38,350 nucleotides of DNA from a virus (lineage: Duplodnaviria; Caudoviricetes): positions 1 to 38,350 of IMG/VR virus record IMGVR_UViG_3300048855_000199, one strand, 5' to 3'. Made by a program: the position numbers and the translations under genes. Under the pieces are notes generated by a model. It searched no databases. It saw only the letters and a program-made list of their open reading frames with translations, and was not told the origin of the DNA. Of the stretch, positions 18,245 through 26,914 are shown piece after piece; the stretch's first letter is position 1; the number at the start of each line of letters is the position of its first letter.

Positions 18245-18545
18245 TGGAGGCACCGAACCCCAGGACCACGCGCCGGCAGAATTCGCGGAACTCGTGCTCG
18301 GTGAGCGTAACCAGGTCCGTGCGGTTCAGGTCGTCCAAGTAGCCCCCGCCCTCAGCGCAGGCGTCATTGAGTGCCGCCACCTCGAATGGATCGAGACGGC
18401 GAGCGGCGCGGATGTCATCGGCGATCAACGCGCACTCCGTGCAAAGCCAACGTGGCGACTGCGGCGAGCCAATTCCTAGGCCGATAGCCCGCCGGTGGCA
18501 GACGACGCAGTCCGCCGGCTCTTCCATAGGAGGGGCGCCTGCCAT
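18207..18545 (-). CDS. Zn-finger hypothetical protein (DUF6511-like)
   Basis: TGATG coupling; CVVC...CTEC; GGGYLDDLNRTDL..LTEHEF; C-terminal APF. Confidence 0.65.
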   Translation of the reverse strand: MAGAPPMEEPADCVVCHRRAIGLGIGSPQSPRWLCTECALIADDIRAARRLDPFEVAALNDACAEGGGYLDDLNRTDLVTLTEHEFREFCRRVVLGFGASIRKQIREHRAPF

Positions 18546-18853
18546 CACTCCCCCTCCCCCAACAAATCCAGCAGCGTCCCCAGCGGCCCTTCGGCCGCAC
18601 CGTCGGCGCGCCTCGACAGCGCCTCCCGTATGGCGTCCACCGGTGCGCCCCACTGAAGCCCGAGACTGATCGCGATCGCTCCATCGCGTGCGTTGATCTG
18701 CATGCCCGTCCCCGTCTTGCCGGAGTCCAAGAAGACTTCCGCCAGCCGGCCGTCGGGATAGCGCCCGACGCCGGCGGTGTACTGGTGAAAGTCGTGCGTG
18801 AATTCGATCACTTCGTGCTGCCTGCGGTTAGGCAGCGGCTCGCGGATGTTCAT
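18545..18853 (-). CDS. Stand-alone TSCPD-like domain (resembles the class II RNR NrdJ C-terminal domain)
   Basis: REPLPNRR...YPDGRLAEVFLD..K.G...AIAISLGLQWG.P. Confidence 0.7.
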   Translation of the reverse strand: MNIREPLPNRRQHEVIEFTHDFHQYTAGVGRYPDGRLAEVFLDSGKTGTGMQINARDGAIAISLGLQWGAPVDAIREALSRRADGAAEGPLGTLLDLLGEGE

Positions 18854-19653
18854 GCTGCCCTGAAGAGTGGAAGGTCAGGAACGTTGTCGTTGGCGGGCTT
18901 CGGCATGGCGGCGGCGCGCCCCTCGGCGAAATCAACACAGACGATTTCACACAACGGCGACACGCCTTTCCACTGGTCCATGTAATAGGCCGTGTCGACC
19001 CCGCATCCGGTATCAAAGTGGAGCCCAGTTAGTTTCTGAAACTGAACTGCCCTTCCCTCCCCGTGCCGCTCGTAAACTTTTCGCCCAGAATAGTTGAAAC
19101 CAGCTGACATCTGCGGAACGATGAATGCTCCATAGTCTGCAAGGTGCGCCGCGATGTCGATGACATGGAATTCGAAATCGCGACCCGTATAGCGCGGCGC
19201 GTTCCGCGACCGCTTAATGTTGCCGAAGGGCGGGTTGCTGATGGCGGAATCGAAGTGCCCCAAATCCAGATCCAGGACATCAAGCACGTCTGCATGGATC
19301 CAGGTCGCCTCTGGCAGGATCTTTTTGCCAACAGCAACGTAGTCGGCGTTGCGCTCGATGCACGTGATGCGCGCCCGCCGCTCGTTCCAACGTGACCTGC
19401 ACCATACGGCGAAAGACAGCATTCCGATGCCGGCGCAAAGGTCAATGATGCGCCCGCCGCCGGCGTCAATGGCGAAGTCGAAAGCCATGTCGAATGGCGT
19501 AAAGAAAGCGCCGGCCTCGCCATTCACATGGTTCGCTCCCTCGTTCCAATTTCGGAGCACGAATTCCTTGTCATCCTCGGTCAGCGCGTCTTTGGCGAGC
19601 AGCGCTACGGCTTGGGCGTGTGCCTTCGCCTGCGCTTTGGTCAGTTTTGCCAT
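18850..19653 (-). CDS. SAM-dependent amino-methyltransferase (NPPF), probably DNA N6-adenine
   Basis: GAFFTP, IIDLCAGIG and ISNPPF motifs. Confidence 0.85.
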   Translation of the reverse strand: MAKLTKAQAKAHAQAVALLAKDALTEDDKEFVLRNWNEGANHVNGEAGAFFTPFDMAFDFAIDAGGGRIIDLCAGIGMLSFAVWCRSRWNERRARITCIERNADYVAVGKKILPEATWIHADVLDVLDLDLGHFDSAISNPPFGNIKRSRNAPRYTGRDFEFHVIDIAAHLADYGAFIVPQMSAGFNYSGRKVYERHGEGRAVQFQKLTGLHFDTGCGVDTAYYMDQWKGVSPLCEIVCVDFAEGRAAAMPKPANDNVPDLPLFRAA

Positions 19654-20276
19654 CAGGCCGCCTTTGCGATTTCGTTGTCATTCGCTGCGACGTACTCTTT
19701 CCAGTCGAACCACTGGATGACGGGTCGCCCTTCATGCCGCTTGTCCCAAACGAACCAGGCGTGGCAAACGGCGCTGCCTGCCTTCGGGCCGTCCCATCCG
19801 TGGCGGTGCATCATGGGTAGGCGCCGGGAAGAGACATGCACCCGGGCAAGCTGGCGCATCTCGAACCACGCCTTGCGCGCCAAACCCTCGAGGAAGGCAA
19901 GCCGAAGGAGCATCGCGACGTAGTCGCACTCCTGCAGAGCGCGCTCCACGAATTGCCACGCCAGCCTGTACGGCGGGTTGGTGATGATGGCCTTCGTGAC
20001 ACCGCGACCAGGGCCGCGTCCGTCGCGCACGAAATCCAAGCCACTGGTGCTACCAGGACAGCCGCGATCGATGAGATCCGTCGCGACGACCTCCCGCCCT
20101 GCCGCGCGCAAAACGTTCACGATGGCCCCGTCGCCGCATGCCGGCTCCCAGATCGTGCCGCCCGGCAACCATTTCTTCTCTATCGCGAGCAGCGAATGCA
20201 CTGCCTCCGGTGGCGTCGCATAGAAGTCGTCGCCGCGCTCGGCATAACTGTGCGAGCCGACTCCACAAACGGTCAT
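19653..20276 (-). CDS. DNA amino-methyltransferase (NPPY)
   Basis: Start at ATG 20276 (ATGA overlap); DFYATP, IWEPACGDG, IITNPPY and AWFVW motifs. Confidence 0.88.
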   Translation of the reverse strand: MTVCGVGSHSYAERGDDFYATPPEAVHSLLAIEKKWLPGGTIWEPACGDGAIVNVLRAAGREVVATDLIDRGCPGSTSGLDFVRDGRGPGRGVTKAIITNPPYRLAWQFVERALQECDYVAMLLRLAFLEGLARKAWFEMRQLARVHVSSRRLPMMHRHGWDGPKAGSAVCHAWFVWDKRHEGRPVIQWFDWKEYVAANDNEIAKAA

Positions 20277-21868
20277 GCTGCCTCCCTCATCTCCAAAGCC
20301 GGCCTCACGCCGACAACCTCGAAATACCGACCGTTCGGCCGCACGCTGATTTCCGCGGTAGGTTGCAGCTCTCCGGCCCGGTCGAGCCACTCCTGCACGC
20401 TCTTGGGCGCGGGCGCCGCCCCGCCGTGCTGCATCCAGAAGCGATCGGCCTTCTGCTTGGCGAAGCCCTTGTGCTCCGGGCAGACCCACATCTTGTGCGT
20501 CACGAGCCCGCAGCCGAGGTGGACGCAGATGCTGTCCGTGCCGCCGGGCTTGTCGTGATAGGCAAAGCGCCTGCCTGTGACGGTCAGCCACTCGGGCTCG
20601 GCGCTCGAGAGGATCGGCGCGCTGTCCGCGGTCGCCTTGTGCTTCGGTTTCTCCTCGAACTCGAACTCATGGCCGCAGTCGGAGCATTGCCTTGCAGACG
20701 CATGCACGAGGCTGTGGCAGTCGGGGCAGACCTTGATTGGCGCCTCGCCCCGCCCCTTGCCGGGCCTGCGGGCGCGGACGTCGTCAACCGGCCCATGTGT
20801 GCGCACCCACCCGGCAAAGTCGAGCACGAGGCAATTGGTCTTGCCCGGCGCGAGCCGAGTGCCCCTACCCACGGCTTGCACGTACAGGCTGGGTGACAGC
20901 GTCGGCCGCAATGCCGCAATAAGATCCACGCCCGGCGCATTAAAGCCGGTCGTGAGCACGCTGTTGTTCGTTAGGCAGCGGATGCGCCCCGCCTTGAAGC
21001 CTTCGATGATCCGGCGCCGCTCGTCTTTCGGCGTCTCACCCGTGACGACCTCAGCGGTGAAGCCACGACGGCGGATCGCGTCCCGCACATGCGTTGCGTG
21101 CTCGACGCCAGAACAGAACGCCATCCAGCTGCGCCGGTCGCGGCCGTAGCCGATGATTTCGCTGACGGCGGCCTCGGTCACCTCATCCTTGTCGACCGCG
21201 CTCTGCAGCGCGCCAGGCACATAGTCGCCGCCCTTCTTCGCCACACCCGAAAGGTCAAACGATGTCGTCATACCCTTGCTGGTGAGCGGCGACAGATATC
21301 CATCACGGATGCCGTCGGCGATGCCGTAGGTGTAGACGACCTTGTCGAAGAGCCGGTCGTCGCCTTCGTCCAGCCGGCCAGAGCCGAGCCGAAACGGCGT
21401 GGCTGTCAGCCCGACGATCTTCATGTCAGGATTGATAGCGCGCAGGTCGGCGATGAACCTGCCGTACATCGTGTTCGCCTTCGGAGGGATGAGGTGCGCC
21501 TCATCCACCATCAGCACGTCGACATGCCCGATGCGATCGACCTTGTTGTGCGCCGTCTGGATGCCTGCGAACAGTATCTGCGCATGCGTGTTGCGCTGGC
21601 CGAGCCCCGCCGAGAGGATGCCGGCGGGCGCCCATGGCCAAAGATTTACGAGCTCCTGGAAATTCTGCTCGATGAGCTCCGCGACATGCGTCACAATGGC
21701 AATGCGCATGTCCGGCCAGCCATCGAGCAGACGCTGCACGACCGTCGCCATCACGAGGCTCTTGCCCGTACCGGTCGCGAGGTCGATGAGTGGGTTGCCG
21801 GGCTCCGTCGCCCAATAGTCGAAAAGGGCGCCGATGGCCTGCGTTTGGTAAGGTCTAAGCTGCAGCAC
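20273..21868 (-). CDS. SF2 DEAH helicase (RadD/YejH-like) with Zn finger
   Basis: LRPYQ, ATGTGKS, DEAH, GLTATP, QAVGRGTR, CPDC...CSDC. Confidence 0.93.
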   Translation of the reverse strand: MLQLRPYQTQAIGALFDYWATEPGNPLIDLATGTGKSLVMATVVQRLLDGWPDMRIAIVTHVAELIEQNFQELVNLWPWAPAGILSAGLGQRNTHAQILFAGIQTAHNKVDRIGHVDVLMVDEAHLIPPKANTMYGRFIADLRAINPDMKIVGLTATPFRLGSGRLDEGDDRLFDKVVYTYGIADGIRDGYLSPLTSKGMTTSFDLSGVAKKGGDYVPGALQSAVDKDEVTEAAVSEIIGYGRDRRSWMAFCSGVEHATHVRDAIRRRGFTAEVVTGETPKDERRRIIEGFKAGRIRCLTNNSVLTTGFNAPGVDLIAALRPTLSPSLYVQAVGRGTRLAPGKTNCLVLDFAGWVRTHGPVDDVRARRPGKGRGEAPIKVCPDCHSLVHASARQCSDCGHEFEFEEKPKHKATADSAPILSSAEPEWLTVTGRRFAYHDKPGGTDSICVHLGCGLVTHKMWVCPEHKGFAKQKADRFWMQHGGAAPAPKSVQEWLDRAGELQPTAEISVRPNGRYFEVVGVRPALEMREAA

Positions 21869-23186
21869 GGTTGATCTCCGTGTTGTCGTTGGCGGGAAGG
21901 ATGGCTTCGACCGCCTGGATCCGCTCGCCGATCCAGCCCATCACGGGCACGGCCATGGAGTTGCCCAGAGCTTTGTAGCGGGGGGCGTCGGCGGCAGGTT
22001 TTCCGCGGTATGGGATCAGGGTGTAGTCGTCAGGGAATCCCTGAAGGCGCTCGCACTCGCGCGGCGTGAGACGGCGGACGGCTGAGCCGACGAGCGCCGC
22101 CGGGTACGACTGCCCTGGCTTGCCGCCGCCGTGCTTCAGCGCCCCCGCCGTCTGGCCGTCACCGCCCTCAAGGCGAACTTCATCGCGGCTGTTCTGAGCG
22201 AAAGCTACCGCCGGCATCACGCCTGCATTCGCATGGCTCCCGGTGTGGCCGCCGGCACGAAGCGTCGGGGCCATATCCGATGCGTCGGCGCCATAGTCCT
22301 TCGCGCTGAAGCAAAGAGGCTGCGCGCAAACGAATGTCTCGCTCTCGAAGTCCAGCCGCCCGTGCGTGCCCCCATGGGCGTTGACCGCCGTCGCGATTTC
22401 GACCGGTCCGGACGTGTTGTTGCCGCCGAATGCGATCAGCTGGCCGGCAGCGGCCTCGTCTGCGCCGAAGCGCCATCCGCCGCCTGGCGAAGTGCCACCG
22501 AGAGCGCCGACGGGAGTTCCCGTCCCCTTTTCTCGGCGCGGCGCAGGATCCCCGCGCAGGCTCGCGCGCTCAAAAAGTACCGCTGCGGCAGGTCGCCAGT
22601 CTCCAAGATATCCGACAACGAACACACGGCGGCGTCGCTGGGGAACTCCGAAGAACTGAGCGTCCAGCACTCGGTAGGCGAACCCATACCCGACGTCTGA
22701 AAGCCCGGCCAGGAAGCAGTAGAAGGCGTGTAGCTCTTCTGATCTGTACTTGTCTTCAGTATCCACTTCTGCTCCGTGGCATCCCAGATCCATCGGTGGC
22801 GGCGGCGGACATGGATCGGGCGCGGCGTGGCTGATGCTGGAAAGGACTCCGGGGACATTCTCCCAGACCAGCCAGCGGGGGCGAAGCCGCTGAGCAAGGC
22901 GAAGAAACTCGAGCGCCAGGTTGCCACGCTCGTCAGCCAGTCCGCCTCTGAGGCCGGCGACGCTGAACGACTGGCAGGGCGTTCCTCCGACAAGAAGTTC
23001 AATTGGTTCATAGGCGTCGGCACCAATGGTTGTGAAGTCACCCTGGAGCGGCACATCGGGATAGTGATGGGCGAGCACCGCACGTGGGAACGCCGCGATT
23101 TCTGACAGGAAGGCCGCACGCCATCCAAGCGGATGCCATGCGACCGATGCGGCTTCTATGCCGGAGCAGACGGAGCCGAAGATCAT
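21855..23186 (-). CDS. C5-cytosine DNA methyltransferase
   Basis: SVCSGIEA, GGTPCQSFS, WENVPG, QRRRRVF, RLTPRECERLQGFPD and YKALGNS motifs. Confidence 0.95.
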   Translation of the reverse strand: MIFGSVCSGIEAASVAWHPLGWRAAFLSEIAAFPRAVLAHHYPDVPLQGDFTTIGADAYEPIELLVGGTPCQSFSVAGLRGGLADERGNLALEFLRLAQRLRPRWLVWENVPGVLSSISHAAPDPCPPPPPMDLGCHGAEVDTEDKYRSEELHAFYCFLAGLSDVGYGFAYRVLDAQFFGVPQRRRRVFVVGYLGDWRPAAAVLFERASLRGDPAPRREKGTGTPVGALGGTSPGGGWRFGADEAAAGQLIAFGGNNTSGPVEIATAVNAHGGTHGRLDFESETFVCAQPLCFSAKDYGADASDMAPTLRAGGHTGSHANAGVMPAVAFAQNSRDEVRLEGGDGQTAGALKHGGGKPGQSYPAALVGSAVRRLTPRECERLQGFPDDYTLIPYRGKPAADAPRYKALGNSMAVPVMGWIGERIQAVEAILPANDNTEINRAAA

Positions 23187-24157
23187 GCCGCTTCCCTTTC
23201 TTCAGCCGTCCCATCCCGCCACAGGCTGCCGTCAGCGAGCCGGTACTCGACCCACTCTTCGGCCTCCGAGGCGTCCACCTGCTCGCCAGGAACCAGCGTC
23301 GGGATGAACAGATGCGCGGGGCATCCGGCCTGCTGTTCGTCGTGCGTCAGCGGCTTGTCCCACCGGCCGCAAGTCCAAACGCCGCGCTCGCCGACGATCT
23401 CCGCGGTGCTGTAGAGGCACGTGCGGCAACTTACGCGCGGCCATGCACTTTCGTGGCAGTGCGGCTTGTGCTTGCACCATCCGCAGACGAACGCTGCCTT
23501 TGAGTCCGGGTCGTCATGCAGCCGCCGCAACGGCTCGGCCGCGCGCACGATGCGTTCCGCCTTAGCGATCAGCTGGAGGCAATACTCGGCGTCGTAGTGC
23601 ACGCGCTCGGCGTAGAGCTCGTCAGTGTTCTTGTTGACCGCGAGATAGATCGCCCGATCGCGGTGTCGCAGATGCATGTACATCTGAAACTGGCCGAAAT
23701 GCTCGGGCTTCGCCTTCGCGACTCCCTCTTTCAACAGCTTGCGGAACGACTTGTCGTTGTGGCTCTTCATCTCGGCCACGTGGATCGTCTTCGGCGCCTC
23801 AGGCAGGCCCAACACCTCCGCGTCGAGCTTGCCCTTCACGTGACCGCCGACGGCGGTCACTGTGATCTGCCGTCCCGTGGCCGGGTCGCGGTCCTGAACC
23901 TCGCACCCAATGGCGCGAAGCTCCTCGATAAAGCGGTCCTCCTCGATGTTGCCGGTCGCGAAAAGGCGGAGCTTCTGGCCGGTGAGTTGTTCCGGCGGCG
24001 ACACCCAGTGGAAGTCGTACCAGAGCTTGCGCTCGCACGAATCCGCCAGGCTAGAGATCGAAAGGGTGCGCCCCTCCCACTGCTCACGTTGCTCGTAATG
24101 CTTGTAGATGGCCGCGATCGTCGGTGCGATCGTCGCGAGTTGCGGGAGGGGCGGCAT
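23183..24157 (-). CDS. Cas4-like PD-(D/E)XK exonuclease
   Basis: CERKLWY, GKLD, AEMKSHN and QFQMYM motifs; C-terminal Cys cluster (CGWC..C, CRTC). Confidence 0.85.
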   Translation of the reverse strand: MPPLPQLATIAPTIAAIYKHYEQREQWEGRTLSISSLADSCERKLWYDFHWVSPPEQLTGQKLRLFATGNIEEDRFIEELRAIGCEVQDRDPATGRQITVTAVGGHVKGKLDAEVLGLPEAPKTIHVAEMKSHNDKSFRKLLKEGVAKAKPEHFGQFQMYMHLRHRDRAIYLAVNKNTDELYAERVHYDAEYCLQLIAKAERIVRAAEPLRRLHDDPDSKAAFVCGWCKHKPHCHESAWPRVSCRTCLYSTAEIVGERGVWTCGRWDKPLTHDEQQAGCPAHLFIPTLVPGEQVDASEAEEWVEYRLADGSLWRDGTAEEREAA

Positions 24158-24324
24158 TACTGCTGTGCCTCGTCCGGCTCAATCTCAAAACACTCTTCGC
24201 CCCATTCCTCTGCCGTCTCGTCGAGCCGAGGGCAGCGCAGCACCTTCCGGCCGTCTATGCCGGTCGGGACCGTGGGGAAGACGTTGAGCGCAACGAGCGC
24301 TTCCGTTTGTTCCTGGAGGGTCAT
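24157..24324 (-). CDS. Small hypothetical protein
   Basis: ATGA/TAATG coupling to both neighbours; 55 aa starting MTLQEQTEAL. Confidence 0.5.
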   Translation of the reverse strand: MTLQEQTEALVALNVFPTVPTGIDGRKVLRCPRLDETAEEWGEECFEIEPDEAQQ

Positions 24325-24827
24325 GTCCGCACCATCAACGTCTGCTCGCCGGTTTTCACCTGCGCGCCCGGAACGGCGACGCCGGCGTCGATCGCTTCCT
24401 TGATCGCGGTCTTGGATGGCTTGCGCACGACGTCGACGGCCCACGCCCAGCTCGGCAGCGCGGCCTCGTCCGTGATGTCGATGCTGTCCCTGCCCTTCGA
24501 TATCGACAGGCTGGCCTCCGGAAGCCGCAGAGACTTGAGGCCGCCCGCGAGCATGAGACGCTGCGCGAACCTGCGCATGGCCTCCCTGCGCCGCTGTGAG
24601 GCCGCCTGACGCGCCTTCAGGGCGTCGATGCGTACCTGCACCGCGGCGGCCATTTCCTCGGCATCGAGCGCCTGGCTCATGATGCGCGAGAGGACGGCCT
24701 GTGCTTCGGTCTCACCCTCGATCGTGTCGGCGCGAAGCTGCTCATCATCGGCGAGCTCGGGATAGGCGGCGAGAAGATCTTGCAGCTCTTTTTCGAGCAG
24801 CGTGACTTCGAATAGCAGGTCAGGCAT
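24321..24827 (-). CDS. Siphovirus Gp157-family protein
   Basis: AAGGAGG RBS; ELADDEQLRADTIEGET, coiled coil, KPSKTAIKEAIDAG..VPGA. Confidence 0.85.
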   Translation of the reverse strand: MPDLLFEVTLLEKELQDLLAAYPELADDEQLRADTIEGETEAQAVLSRIMSQALDAEEMAAAVQVRIDALKARQAASQRRREAMRRFAQRLMLAGGLKSLRLPEASLSISKGRDSIDITDEAALPSWAWAVDVVRKPSKTAIKEAIDAGVAVPGAQVKTGEQTLMVRT

Positions 24828-25101
24828 GTGATGCCTCCTTGGCGGCCATGGCTTCGGCGTATTTCTTGCGCTCGAGGTGCGGGTCTGGCGTTCTGGATGA
24901 GAGCGCAGCCTCAATGAGCGTCGCGCCGTGGTCGAAGTGACCGCGCCGGATCTCGGCAAGGCCGTCTGCGACGAGGTCGCGCAGCCCATGCGGGAGGTCG
25001 TTCTTCAGGCCACGGCGACGGACTTCCGCCAAGAGGTCGTGGTCACCGAAGTCGTCGATGTAGGCTTCCGCCTCGACAGTGATGTACGTGCCCGGCATCA
25101 C
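24820..25101 (-). CDS. Hypothetical protein
   Basis: Translationally coupled ORF in the operon. Confidence 0.6.
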   Translation of the reverse strand: MMPGTYITVEAEAYIDDFGDHDLLAEVRRRGLKNDLPHGLRDLVADGLAEIRRGHFDHGATLIEAALSSRTPDPHLERKKYAEAMAAKEASHA

Positions 25102-26183
25102 GACACCCTCATGGGCATGATGACGTGGAGGCTCGATGCGTCGCCCATGCCAGAGAAGAGCGCGGGCGCGCTGGGGTCGCCGATCGCCACCTCGACCGTC
25201 TCGGCATCGAGCACTCGCAAGGTGTTTCCGATGAACGTGCCGTTGAAGCCGATCTCGACAGGCTCGCTGTCGTATTCGATTGCGAGTTCGTCCTCGGCGG
25301 TCCCACCCTCGCTGCCGCGGACGCTAAGCACGGCGGCGCCGCTAGCCAACGATAGCTTCACAGCCCGGCTGCGGTCCGACGCGACCGTGGCGACGCGTTC
25401 GACTGAGGCGCCGAACTCTGCCTTGTCGAGCACGGCGCGCTTGTCATTGCCAGTCGGGATGACGCGCTGATAGTCGGGAAACGTCCCGTCGATCAGCTTG
25501 GACGTGATGACCGTATCGCCCGCGGCAATGCGGATTTTCGACGAGGACAGCGACACCTCGATGTCAACGACCTGTCGCTGAATTTCCGCCACCATCTGTG
25601 TCGGGATGATTGCTGACGGGATGCCGCGGAGTGGAGCGGGCACAGAAGCGCGTGCCAGCTGGTGGCCGTCCGTCGCGACAGCCGTCAGGTTGCCGTCGAC
25701 TTCGTGCAGATAGACGCCGTTGAGGTAGTAGCGGGTCGACTCTGTGCTCATGGCGTAGGCGGTGCGCCCGAACAGCGTCTTGACCTGCGCGACCGTCAGC
25801 GGGAACGTGACGTCGAACTTGCCGTTGGCGAGGTCCGGATATTCCTCGACCGGCAGCGTCGCCAGCTTGAAGCGGCTGCGGCCGGACTTGATCGTCGCCG
25901 CGCCTGCCTCCGCCGCGATACTGACAACGGCATCCTTGGGCAGCTTGCCTGCAATCTCCTTCAGCGTCTTCGCAGGCAGCGTGATGGCGCCAGGGACCTC
26001 GACAACGGCTTCGCCCGAGGCGGTGGCTTCGATATCCAAGTTGGTGCCCCTCGCCTCCAGACGGCCGTCAGTGGCCGTCAGGAGCACGTTCGAGAGGATC
26101 GGGATGGTTGTTCGTGCTTCGACCACACGGTCGACAGCCGACAGCAGGCGCGCCAGCTCAGCGCGCTGAATGGATAAGCGCAT
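25098..26183 (-). CDS. dnaN: DNA polymerase III beta sliding clamp (phage copy)
   Basis: RTTIPILSNVLL, TRYYLNGVY, VATDGH, SKLIDGTFPDYQRVIP and VIMPMRV motifs. Confidence 0.96.
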   Translation of the reverse strand: MRLSIQRAELARLLSAVDRVVEARTTIPILSNVLLTATDGRLEARGTNLDIEATASGEAVVEVPGAITLPAKTLKEIAGKLPKDAVVSIAAEAGAATIKSGRSRFKLATLPVEEYPDLANGKFDVTFPLTVAQVKTLFGRTAYAMSTESTRYYLNGVYLHEVDGNLTAVATDGHQLARASVPAPLRGIPSAIIPTQMVAEIQRQVVDIEVSLSSSKIRIAAGDTVITSKLIDGTFPDYQRVIPTGNDKRAVLDKAEFGASVERVATVASDRSRAVKLSLASGAAVLSVRGSEGGTAEDELAIEYDSEPVEIGFNGTFIGNTLRVLDAETVEVAIGDPSAPALFSGMGDASSLHVIMPMRVS

Positions 26184-26201
26184 CGGATTTCCTTGTGGTG
26201 G

Positions 26202-26224
26202 AGGGCGGCGCGAACGCCGCCCCT
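26202..26224 (-). terminator. Hairpin (possible terminator)
   Basis: AGGGCGGCG-cgaa-CGCCGCCCCT (TTCG loop on the minus strand). Confidence 0.4.
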
Positions 26225-26229
26225 TGAAG

Positions 26230-26391
26230 TCAGGAGAAGAAGCCGCCCCAGTAGAGGATCCCGCCTTGGATCGCCGCCGCTACAGCGGCATATCCAAAGT
26301 GGTGCGGCTCACGCGGCTTGCCGTGCATGGCGAGATTCAGGCCCAACGCCATGGCAATCAGGGCGATCCATACGATCTGCGGCGCTGCCAT
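26230..26391 (-). CDS. Small two-TM membrane protein (53 aa)
   Basis: Not in the track; TGATG coupling; MAAPQIVWIALIAMALGLNLAMHGKPREPHHFGYAAVAAAIQGGILYWGGFFS. Confidence 0.65.
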   Translation of the reverse strand: MAAPQIVWIALIAMALGLNLAMHGKPREPHHFGYAAVAAAIQGGILYWGGFFS

Positions 26392-26897
26392 CACTTCCTC
26401 GTCGGCCAGGGCCGCTTATTCGCCGTGCCGGTGGCGCGCTGTTCCTGAACAGCGGGCCGGTTGTCGTTGGCGGGTGCCGCGGCAGGCGCCGGCGCGTCGC
26501 CGTCGAAGTAGTACTGCTTCACGCGGTTGGTGAGCTCGCCATTGTCCTTGCGCTTCTCGACGCCGACCTTGGCCTGGAATGCCTTGAAGTGCAGTTCCTC
26601 CGAGTCCTTCGGGTTGAGCACGCCGACGGCTCGACGAAGGGCAGCAAACTCGCGCTGCGCGATGTCCTGCGCTTTCTCGTTCTCGTGCTCGAGGTTCAGG
26701 TTGATGAACAGCTTGCGGCCGTCATATTCACCGCCGACGACTTGCGTCGTCAGCTTGAGCACCATGCCGTTGCCCTTGGCATTGGCGGTGTAGTCGGATT
26801 CGACGATTTCGAGGGTGTAGTCGTCTGCCGGGAGCGGCTCAAACGAGCCAGACGACGGTTCCGCATCCGGATTGTAGCTTCCACCTAAAGAGGCCAT
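26391..26897 (-). CDS. DUF669 single-strand DNA-binding protein
   Basis: FEPLPADDY.LEIVES...LKLT.QV..GEY.GRKLF.NLNL; low-complexity tail ending in PW. Confidence 0.85.
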   Translation of the reverse strand: MASLGGSYNPDAEPSSGSFEPLPADDYTLEIVESDYTANAKGNGMVLKLTTQVVGGEYDGRKLFINLNLEHENEKAQDIAQREFAALRRAVGVLNPKDSEELHFKAFQAKVGVEKRKDNGELTNRVKQYYFDGDAPAPAAAPANDNRPAVQEQRATGTANKRPWPTRK

Positions 26898-26914
26898 TCA
26901 GTAGGCTTCCTTTT

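Noticed and set aside
23183-24157. Cas4-like nuclease as a spacer-acquisition enzyme for the array
   Set aside because: It sits in the ordinary Sak4/SSB/Gp157 recombination module about 6 kb away; nothing links it to the array
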